Source of the DNA: a virus
Lineage: Duplodnaviria > Caudoviricetes
DNA: 26,058 bases
Reading direction: 5' to 3' (one strand)
IMG/VR virus record: IMGVR_UViG_3300005805_000416
Location: 1-26,058 of that record
Part shown: one piece after another, positions 9,073 to 16,902 of the stretch
How the letters are laid out: each line of letters begins with the position of its first letter
How positions within the stretch are numbered: position 1 is the first letter of the stretch
Program-made: the position numbers and the translations under genes
Notes under the pieces: generated by a model
Databases searched by the model: none
What the model was told of the DNA's origin: nothing
What the model saw: the letters and a program-made list of their open reading frames with translations, nothing else

Positions 9073-11373
9073 ATGCTACAATCAAATCCAGAAATAGAAG
9101 AAATCATTCTTACAGCCAGCGAGTTCGCTGCTAATAAAAATCACGAATATGTTACCTTAGAACATCTCTTATTGAGCATGTTAGCCAATGAAAGTTTTAA
9201 CAAATTATTAATAAAATTCGGAACAGATGTAGCAACCTTAGAGCAAGAAATTAAGCAGTATTTGGATAGACAAACATTTCTTGTCAGTGCTGGATACGAT
9301 GTAGTTCCTAAAAAAACTCATAGTTTGGAACGGGTATTTAATCGTGCATTTACACAGGTATTGTTTAGCGGGAGATCTCATATGCAAGTAATAGATCTCT
9401 TTTTAAGCATTATGACCGAAGAAAAAAGTCATGCAAGATATTTTTTATTAAAATTTGGTATAGATAGAAATAAATTAGTGGCTTTTTGGAATGACAACTA
9501 TACAGATAAAAAAACAAAAAAACAAACTAAAACACAAGCCGATTTGATACTAGACGAATTCTGCACTAATTTAAATTTACAGGCTGAAAATGGACATATC
9601 GATCCTGTGATTGGACGAGATAGTGAGATCGAGGAAATTGCAAACATTTTAGCGAAACGTAATAAAAGCAACATTTTACTTGTAGGCGATCCGGGTGTTG
9701 GTAAAACTGCCATTGCTGAAGGTCTGGCTTTAAAAATTGTTAATCGAGAAGTTGCAGATTATCTCAGTGATTATACTATCTATAATTTAGATATAGGTAG
9801 TTTACTAGCTGGCAGCAAATATCGAGGAGAATTTGAAGAAAAACTAAAGGATGTCATTAAAGCACTGCAGACAAAAAATAAATGTATACTTTTCATTGAT
9901 GAAGCACATCAAATGCGTGGAGCAGGTAGTAGTAGTACCAGTAATGTAGACTTTAGTAATATGATAAAACCTGCTCTTACTAAAGGCAAGTTAAAAGTAA
10001 TAGCCAGCACAACTTGGGAAGAATATACGCAAAGTTTTGAAAAAGATCGAGCTCTAATGCGTAGATTTTATAGAATGCCAGTAGACGAGCCAAATCCTGA
10101 AGTTGCCAAGAATATTTTACGTGGATTAAAGTCTAAGTTTGAAGATTTTCATGGTGGAATAATACTCGATGAAGCAATTGATGCAGCAGTAGATCTTAGT
10201 GTTAGATATCAAACTGATAAAAAGTTGCCCGATAAGGCCATTGATCTAATAGATACTGCTGCTGCAAAATTAAAAGTATTAGGCGGTGATTTTAGTCTAC
10301 ATCGCAGCGATATTATAGATGTAATCAGTAAATTTGTTAAAATTCCAATTGAAAATTTTGATGAGCCATCTGCTAATCTACTTGATCTAAATATAAAAAT
10401 TAAACAAAAATTATTTGGACAAGATAAAGCAGTGGATACAGTACTAGACAAAATTTATGTAAGTAAAGCAGGAATAAAAACTATTAATAAACCAATAGGA
10501 AGTTTTTTATTTTTAGGGCCAACTGGAACGGGTAAAACAGAACTTTGTAAACTGTTAGCCGAACATCTCGGGATGAAACTTATTAGATATGATATGAGCG
10601 AATACCAAGAACGTCATGCAGTAGCAAAACTCATAGGCGCTCCCCCCGGATATGTAGGCTATGACGATGGTAATCTGGGCGGAGGATTATTAATAAGTGA
10701 TATCGAAAAAAATCCTAATTCTGTAATTTTATTTGACGAGATAGAAAAAGCACATAGCGATGTTAGTAATGTTTTACTTAGTATGATGGATGAGGGTATA
10801 GTCACTAGTAGCAACGGAAAAAAAGCAGATTGTAGAAATAGTATTATTATATTAACCAGCAATCTTGGAGCTGCGGAAAATGAACGAAATACGATTGGAT
10901 TCAGTAATGAATTACAAAAAACAGGCGAAGATGATGCTGCAGTAAAAGATTTTTTTAAACCTGAGTTTAGAAATCGATTAGATTCTATTGTCAAATTTAA
11001 TAATCTAAGTAAAGAGCATATTCGTAAAATTGTATTAAGACTGATTGAGGAAGTTAATGATCTGTTGCAAGACAAAAAAATTATTATTAAGTTAGCAGAT
11101 AGTGCATTAGATTATATTATCGATAAGGGCTACGACAAAAAATTGGGTGCCAGACCTATGTCTCGAAAAATTACCGAATTAGTAAAAGTACCATTAAGTA
11201 AATTCATTTTATTTGAAAACATTAAAGATTCAATTATTGAAATACATCTCGACCATGACGAATTAAAATTTAATATAGAAAAAAATAATGTAAATATTGT
11301 ACCTATAAATGTGTTGGATGAAAATGGATATATCGTCTTGGACCAAATTGAACCCAATGTTAAAGTTTGTTAA
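9073..11373 (+). CDS. clpA: ATP-dependent Clp protease ATP-binding subunit, ClpA-like
   Basis: Clp N domain (HEYVTLEHLL), two AAA+ modules (GDPGVGKT/LFIDEAH; GPTGTGKT/LFDEIEKAH), GAPPGYVGY, IGF loop, no ClpB middle domain. Confidence 0.92.
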   Translation: MLQSNPEIEEIILTASEFAANKNHEYVTLEHLLLSMLANESFNKLLIKFGTDVATLEQEIKQYLDRQTFLVSAGYDVVPKKTHSLERVFNRAFTQVLFSGRSHMQVIDLFLSIMTEEKSHARYFLLKFGIDRNKLVAFWNDNYTDKKTKKQTKTQADLILDEFCTNLNLQAENGHIDPVIGRDSEIEEIANILAKRNKSNILLVGDPGVGKTAIAEGLALKIVNREVADYLSDYTIYNLDIGSLLAGSKYRGEFEEKLKDVIKALQTKNKCILFIDEAHQMRGAGSSSTSNVDFSNMIKPALTKGKLKVIASTTWEEYTQSFEKDRALMRRFYRMPVDEPNPEVAKNILRGLKSKFEDFHGGIILDEAIDAAVDLSVRYQTDKKLPDKAIDLIDTAAAKLKVLGGDFSLHRSDIIDVISKFVKIPIENFDEPSANLLDLNIKIKQKLFGQDKAVDTVLDKIYVSKAGIKTINKPIGSFLFLGPTGTGKTELCKLLAEHLGMKLIRYDMSEYQERHAVAKLIGAPPGYVGYDDGNLGGGLLISDIEKNPNSVILFDEIEKAHSDVSNVLLSMMDEGIVTSSNGKKADCRNSIIILTSNLGAAENERNTIGFSNELQKTGEDDAAVKDFFKPEFRNRLDSIVKFNNLSKEHIRKIVLRLIEEVNDLLQDKKIIIKLADSALDYIIDKGYDKKLGARPMSRKITELVKVPLSKFILFENIKDSIIEIHLDHDELKFNIEKNNVNIVPINVLDENGYIVLDQIEPNVKVC

Positions 11374-12046
11374 CACTAAATCTCTATTTTATAACAAATA
11401 TCTTTACAAATTAGAAATTTTTGCACCCGGGGTTCGAACTTATCTATATTTTAGAAATAAATCAAATTTTTCTATAGAATCTACAAAAAAATATTTTGAT
11501 ACTAATTTTAAATATGGTGTTGTGCGACTTCAAAAATCAACTATTCACTATCCACAATTAGAGTCTTTATATGCGTTATCTAAGCAATTAGATTGTAAAA
11601 CTAGGGTAGAGGGTGTATGGATTTCATTTTATTCTAGTAGTCAAGATAAATTATTTCTTATAGCTAGAGAAATGGAAAATTTAAATTTATCAGCTCGAGT
11701 AACAAAATTTTTCAGCCCAAGACCCGAACTAATTAAAAATTTTTTGAATGGAGAGATTCTGGTGAAAAATATACCAGAAAATTATCAATACAAAATTGTA
11801 TTAACACCATTCAAAGCCTGTCTGGATATTAATATAAGACAACAGATTGCAGATTATCTAGTTAATATTGGGGATAAAGTAGTTTATAATAGAAATTTTT
11901 TATCATACCTAATAGGCAGGAAATATCCATCTGCAAGTAAGTTAGGGTTTTATGCAGAGGATGATAAAATTTATACTTTTTTGAAACTTATGGCTCCAGA
12001 TATAGTAGATGGAATTTTTAAGCTGGTCAGAGTAGAAAATAAATAA
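11357..12046 (+). CDS. hypothetical protein
   Basis: Long AT-rich ORF; the ATG at 11357 gives the smallest overlap with clpA. Confidence 0.75.
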   Translation: MLKFVNTKSLFYNKYLYKLEIFAPGVRTYLYFRNKSNFSIESTKKYFDTNFKYGVVRLQKSTIHYPQLESLYALSKQLDCKTRVEGVWISFYSSSQDKLFLIAREMENLNLSARVTKFFSPRPELIKNFLNGEILVKNIPENYQYKIVLTPFKACLDINIRQQIADYLVNIGDKVVYNRNFLSYLIGRKYPSASKLGFYAEDDKIYTFLKLMAPDIVDGIFKLVRVENK

Positions 12047-12067
12047 TCATGACTCAAGGAATATATT

Positions 12068-12244
12068 ATGGCCAAGATTGAAGAGCAAATTATTGCTTTT
12101 AAATTTAGTAGACTAGTTAAAGATACCAATTCAAATAAAAGTGAATCTGATAATTTTTTAAATAAGGATCTTTTAAAGAATCTAGAGCAAGTTGCACAAG
12201 AGCTACTGGGCGATAATATTGTAGTAGAACTTATTTCCGATTAA
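12068..12244 (+). CDS. hypothetical 58 aa protein (not in ORF track)
   Basis: MAKIEEQIIAFKFSRLVKD...LEQVAQELLGDNIVVELISD; AAGGA SD, AATAAATA at 12038-12045 upstream, and it fills the gap. Confidence 0.75.
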   Translation: MAKIEEQIIAFKFSRLVKDTNSNKSESDNFLNKDLLKNLEQVAQELLGDNIVVELISD

Positions 12245-12265
12245 CTTTTTTAAAAGAGAACATCA

Positions 12266-13198
12266 ATGAGTAATAAAGCCAAAGAAATCAATCTTACCAA
12301 ATCAGATAAGGCCACTACCGTGCCTAAACTAACCAAGGCTATAATGCCTGTGCCAGGACTACCACAATCTGTTCCTAAAGCACCACAACAATCACAATAT
12401 GATTTTACTAAAGTTCATGTACATTTTGCCATTCCCTGTTATGGAGGAATGGTCAGTGAACCGACTATGACAAGTTTTATTAGATTTGCACTGATTGCTG
12501 CAAAAGTAGGTCTGAACTGGAGTTTAGACACTATGGTTAATGAAAGTCTTGTTACAAGAGCACGAAATAATCTCTGTGCTAAAATGATGACTAACGCTGC
12601 AGCAACACATTTTATGTTTATTGATGCTGATATTAGATTTGAACCAGAAGCAATTTTTGGAATGATTGCTGCAGAAAAAGATGTAATAGGCGGGCTTTAT
12701 CCTAAAAAAAGTCTCCCCATAGATTACGTAATTAATCTAAAAAATGGCGGGCGTATTGAAGGTCCTTGTTTTCAAGTCGATACCCAAGGCACAGGGTTTT
12801 TATTATTTAAAAAACATGTTTATCAGAAGTTAATCGATGCTCATCCCGAGTGCAAATACGTAGATGATATAGGTTTAGGCAAACAGTTCGAACCATTTAT
12901 GTTTAGTATATTTGATACAGTAATAGACGAAAAAGGTCATTATCTCAGTGAGGATTGGACATTCTGTCGTCGTTGGCAAGCTCTAGGAGGAGAAATTTGG
13001 GCTGATAGTCGTGTACTGCTGAATCATATAGGGCATTATGAGTTCAAAGGTGATTTAGCTGCATTAGAACGTAAAGGGCTGAAACGTGTCGATGCTAGTA
13101 GTCCCGAAGGACAGGCTGCATTGGCTGCACAGAAAAAAGCAGCAGAAGATGCATTACAAGCACTTAAAGTTGCAGAACCAAATCCCAATCCAGCATAA
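12266..13198 (+). CDS. glycosyltransferase-like protein (GT-A fold)
   Basis: AIPCYGG, SLVTRARN, FMFIDADI (DxD), GTGFLL, YLSEDWTFC and HIG motifs. Confidence 0.75.
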   Translation: MSNKAKEINLTKSDKATTVPKLTKAIMPVPGLPQSVPKAPQQSQYDFTKVHVHFAIPCYGGMVSEPTMTSFIRFALIAAKVGLNWSLDTMVNESLVTRARNNLCAKMMTNAAATHFMFIDADIRFEPEAIFGMIAAEKDVIGGLYPKKSLPIDYVINLKNGGRIEGPCFQVDTQGTGFLLFKKHVYQKLIDAHPECKYVDDIGLGKQFEPFMFSIFDTVIDEKGHYLSEDWTFCRRWQALGGEIWADSRVLLNHIGHYEFKGDLAALERKGLKRVDASSPEGQAALAAQKKAAEDALQALKVAEPNPNPA

Positions 13199-13203
13199 TA
13201 ATG

Positions 13204-13211
13204 ACTAAATA
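13204..13211 (+). promoter_or_regulatory. candidate T4-like late promoter (ACTAAATA)
   Basis: TAAATA core in a short intergenic gap, 20 nt upstream of the ATG at 13232. Confidence 0.55.
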
Positions 13212-13231
13212 CTGTAACAAAAAATTACAGT

Positions 13232-14518
13232 ATGTTTTTACAAAATTTATTTGAAGCAGAAATTCAGCCTAGGGTAGTAGTCACATACCCCGGGCGGTTT
13301 CAGCCTTTTCATCAAGGACATATGGCAGTTTTTGCATATCTTCAAAAGCAGTTTGGTAAAGATAATGTGTTTGTGCTTACCAGCGATAAAACAGATTCTA
13401 AGAAAAGTCCATTTAATTTTAGCGATAAAACAACCTTAATGTCCTACGCAGGAGTGCCTGCCGATCATATTATACAAACTACAAATATGTATAGTTTGCC
13501 TGAGATGTTCGATCCTAATACTACTGTTTTTATTACTGCGGTAGGTAGTCCAGATAGAGATCGATTAGCTCCAGACACTGTAATTCAAAAAGCTAAAATG
13601 GATAAACAAGGCAATATTATTAAACCAGCTGGTAGCCCTAGTTATTATAAAACATGGGGCAGTGAACGGCCGCAAACTGCAGATAAACATGGATATGTTG
13701 TAGTAGTGCCCGAAATTCAAAAAACTATTGCTATTAAAGGCAAATCTTACGACGTTAGTCATGGTACAGAATGCAGAAATTTATGGAATCTTGTTAGAAA
13801 TGATAATGAAGCAAAAACTGAATTTTTAAAGCAATTATATGGAACTGCAGACAGGCAATTAGAACAAATATTCAACAAAATTCCTATTAGTACACAAGAA
13901 GATCTTAGTCCAATGGGGCAATCCACCATAAGTCCAATTAGTGGTAACGTGCATGAAGAAGCAGCAGGCGTTGGGGTCATTGCTGATAAAAAACAAAGAA
14001 GAGATTCAAGATTTAAAACTAGTCTTACTAAAGATGTTAAACCAGGGGCTATACAAAAAAGTTTACGTGCATTCAGACTTGCAGAATCTATTAGAACAGT
14101 AAATCATGAATTAATAACAATTAAAAGAATAATTAAAGAATCCAAGGATCAAGAATTTATAAATCAATTGAGAAACTTCCTTGTAATTGCAATGAAGGAA
14201 TTAGCAGTTACAAAATTACCTAAGATAAAATTACAGAATCATATTAAGACCACTCAAGGACAGGCAACTTTTGGTAGATTTGTTAATAATGAAATGACAA
14301 TTTATTTGGCAATAAAAGACAGACATCCTGTAGATATTTTACGAACTTTAGCACATGAATTAGTGCATTTTAAACAGGCCTTAAATAATGAGTTGGACCA
14401 TAAAAGCGGTGATACTGGTAGTCCACAGGAAAATGAGGCTCATGCTGTTGCAGGGATTATAATGAGAAACTTTAACAAAAAATTCCCTTCTGCAGTACTC
14501 GCAAAACACGTTCTGTAA
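13232..14518 (+). CDS. multi-domain protein: HxGH nucleotidyltransferase domain plus C-terminal HEXXH zincin-like domain
   Basis: YPGRFQPFHQGH and VSHGTECR in the N-terminal domain; TLAHELVHFKQ...ENEAH in the C-terminal domain; linkers contain VHEE, LAES and IKES. Confidence 0.8.
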   Translation: MFLQNLFEAEIQPRVVVTYPGRFQPFHQGHMAVFAYLQKQFGKDNVFVLTSDKTDSKKSPFNFSDKTTLMSYAGVPADHIIQTTNMYSLPEMFDPNTTVFITAVGSPDRDRLAPDTVIQKAKMDKQGNIIKPAGSPSYYKTWGSERPQTADKHGYVVVVPEIQKTIAIKGKSYDVSHGTECRNLWNLVRNDNEAKTEFLKQLYGTADRQLEQIFNKIPISTQEDLSPMGQSTISPISGNVHEEAAGVGVIADKKQRRDSRFKTSLTKDVKPGAIQKSLRAFRLAESIRTVNHELITIKRIIKESKDQEFINQLRNFLVIAMKELAVTKLPKIKLQNHIKTTQGQATFGRFVNNEMTIYLAIKDRHPVDILRTLAHELVHFKQALNNELDHKSGDTGSPQENEAHAVAGIIMRNFNKKFPSAVLAKHVL

Positions 14519-14521
14519 AAA

Positions 14522-14881
14522 ATGATTGTAAAAATTAGTGTAGATCTGCAATATGCAGAAAACTTTAATATATCTGATCAGTATAAACAAAAATTTTTGC
14601 AGAATAAATTAACTTTAGACACATCTAAATTCCAAGAACCAAAATATAGGATTTATGTTAATTCTGACTTACTTACGGAACGATCTATTTATTGGGATTA
14701 TACTAGTCGATACGTCAGAGAAAATTTAGTTATTGCATTAGATCCCGGAATTCATCAACTTAAAATAGAATTATTTCAGGGCAAGGGAGAACTAACTGCA
14801 AAAAACATTAAATTCCACAATGATGTTGCTAGTGAATTTACGTATATAGACAAGACAACAATAGAATTTAATTTAACATAA
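14522..14881 (+). CDS. hypothetical protein
   Basis: 119 aa beta-rich ORF packed between its neighbours. Confidence 0.75.
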   Translation: MIVKISVDLQYAENFNISDQYKQKFLQNKLTLDTSKFQEPKYRIYVNSDLLTERSIYWDYTSRYVRENLVIALDPGIHQLKIELFQGKGELTAKNIKFHNDVASEFTYIDKTTIEFNLT

Positions 14882-14884
14882 ATA
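14877..14884 (+). promoter_or_regulatory. candidate T4-like late promoter (CATAAATA)
   Basis: One mismatch to TATAAATA, 18 nt upstream of the ATG at 14903. Confidence 0.55.
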
Positions 14885-14902
14885 CTACAATTGGGGATTG
14901 TC

Positions 14903-16894
14903 ATGAAAAGCACTGATTTTTTAATAGAAACAATTGTTGATGATGCAGCAGAAATGCATCAGGATCATGAAGTACAGATGGCTAGAAAAGAATGCTATCA
15001 TGCTGCTGAAAATGCTATCGCACTACATAAACTATTAAGAAGTATTAATGAATCGACTAATTTAGAAGCTTGGGTTAGTTCTAAAATTACATTAGCAAAT
15101 GATTATTTAAATACAGTTCGCGAACATTTAGAGTATCAAATTTTACAGGGCGATGGGCAACTACTATCAAATGCACCAGTCATAGCTGAAGAAGATTCAA
15201 AAAAAAAATTAGTTGACTCTGAAAATTTAAGTGAAGTAACCCCCGAACAACGCAGAGAAAAATTTCAGCATGAGCTTGGTAACGAACGTGGTAACAATAT
15301 CGCTGTCTATATTAACGATAAACTTTGGAGAGTTGTTCCAGGCAGAGGGTTAGCTGATAGTGCAGAGGAATACAATTACTTACAATATTGGCGAAGAAAA
15401 GCTGCCTTAAAAACGCAGCAAACAGGCAGTAAATGGGAAGCTCATCTAACAGGGCAGGAACCTGGAAAACCAGTTCGTAATGTAAAAGAATCCAGTAAAC
15501 TCCAAACCATAAGGAATTTAAAAAATTCAGTGATGATGCAAAAAGATGTGTCTGTAAACTTGAATGAAATGGATAAATCAGCACCACAACCAGGTCGTGA
15601 CGGCAAAATAAGTCATAGCACTTATGGTTCGAGAGATAAAGAGGGTGATGACTACTTCAAAGGTAAGGAAGTTCCTGTTAAGCCTATTACTGTAAAGAAG
15701 ATGGAAAAAGACGCACTTGATATTCTAAAGAAGAAAGGTTTGGCGGAAGGCATAATAGATAATCCAGGACAACCAGACAGTCCAGTTGCACAGGCTATCA
15801 TTCGCAGAATCTTGTTGCAGCGCACAGACTTGCTGACCAAATACGGCCCAGAAAAAGTTAGCTCGGCAGTGGACGAAGTTGCCGACTTTGTGGGCGATGT
15901 AGACGAAATTGGATCAAGTGATGTTTCAGGTTGGGTTCGCCATGTTGAACAGATGCTGGATAACATGGGTGAAGGTGTGGCGGAAGGCTCTAAAGAAAAG
16001 ACTCCGGGTATTGCATTGTCAAAAGCATACAGGAAAGATTTTGATGATAAGAAGCCAGGACAAGATAGGAAAGAAACTGCACTAACAGGCGCATACTCTA
16101 AAACAGGTAAGCCCGGTGGCGAACTTAAAAAGCAAGGTGTGGCGGAAGCAGGCCCATTTAGTTATGGCAAGGCCCCTCGTAAAGGCAGTGTAGCAGACCT
16201 GGCCGCTAAAAAACGCCGAGAACAGGAACGAGGCAAACAGCCCATTGAACCCAAGGACCAACAGGTTGGCGTTGCTAAGGTCACAAAAGGTGTGGCGGAA
16301 GGCTTGGATAAAGAGTTATATGGCTTACACATAGGTGATACAGTTAAAGCTGAAATAAACGGTCGAAGAGTTCAAGGTGATGTAATTGATATTTTCTCCG
16401 AAACAATGGAAGTAGAGTTGCTGTTACGTGGACCCAATGCTGGCAAAACTGTTATAGTTGATGTTCGCGATACTGAATATTTAGGCGAACAAAGTGTTTT
16501 AGAAAGCGATAATCAATCTTCAACAATGAAAGCTAACTTACAAAAACCACGTCAAGGGCCGTTAAAGCCACAAACTGGTGGCGGTAAACATAGAGATAAA
16601 AAACGCGAACAAAAATCGGGTATTGCCAAACATCGAAAATCTATCGCAGATGCACTAAATGAAACCGGTGCAGGAGCTGTTGCCACAGTAGTTAATCCGG
16701 GCGGAAAACCTAAAAGTCAAGTAGGCAGTCTATTTGGTGGCACCTACAAACAAGCTACAGTCAAGGAAACAGATTTTTCAGGGGAAAAAGCAAAGCCAAA
16801 ACAAATACCCGGCGATCAAGTAAGAGGAAATGAACCAGCAGTACGTAAAAATGGCAAAACTGCATTTTTAGGCAGACTTGTAGGCAACCAATAG
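14903..16894 (+). CDS. modular polyprotein, putative capsid-internal protein
   Basis: ATG at 14903 with a GGGGA SD; N-terminus MKSTDFLIE; short dissimilar modules separated by [LIV]-x-E motifs and four GxAE repeats. The function is inferred. Confidence 0.7.
   Translation: MKSTDFLIETIVDDAAEMHQDHEVQMARKECYHAAENAIALHKLLRSINESTNLEAWVSSKITLANDYLNTVREHLEYQILQGDGQLLSNAPVIAEEDSKKKLVDSENLSEVTPEQRREKFQHELGNERGNNIAVYINDKLWRVVPGRGLADSAEEYNYLQYWRRKAALKTQQTGSKWEAHLTGQEPGKPVRNVKESSKLQTIRNLKNSVMMQKDVSVNLNEMDKSAPQPGRDGKISHSTYGSRDKEGDDYFKGKEVPVKPITVKKMEKDALDILKKKGLAEGIIDNPGQPDSPVAQAIIRRILLQRTDLLTKYGPEKVSSAVDEVADFVGDVDEIGSSDVSGWVRHVEQMLDNMGEGVAEGSKEKTPGIALSKAYRKDFDDKKPGQDRKETALTGAYSKTGKPGGELKKQGVAEAGPFSYGKAPRKGSVADLAAKKRREQERGKQPIEPKDQQVGVAKVTKGVAEGLDKELYGLHIGDTVKAEINGRRVQGDVIDIFSETMEVELLLRGPNAGKTVIVDVRDTEYLGEQSVLESDNQSSTMKANLQKPRQGPLKPQTGGGKHRDKKREQKSGIAKHRKSIADALNETGAGAVATVVNPGGKPKSQVGSLFGGTYKQATVKETDFSGEKAKPKQIPGDQVRGNEPAVRKNGKTAFLGRLVGNQ
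15734..16303 (+). repeat. array of four in-frame 18 nt direct repeats (consensus xAAGGTGTGGCGGAAGGC)
   Basis: Copies at 15734-15751 (KGLAEG), 15971-15988 (EGVAEG), 16133-16150 (QGVAEA) and 16286-16303 (KGVAEG); degenerate copy at 16490-16507 (QSVLES). Start-to-start spacing 237, 162, 153, 204 nt. Confidence 0.92.
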
Positions 16895-16902
16895 GTCAAA
16901 CT

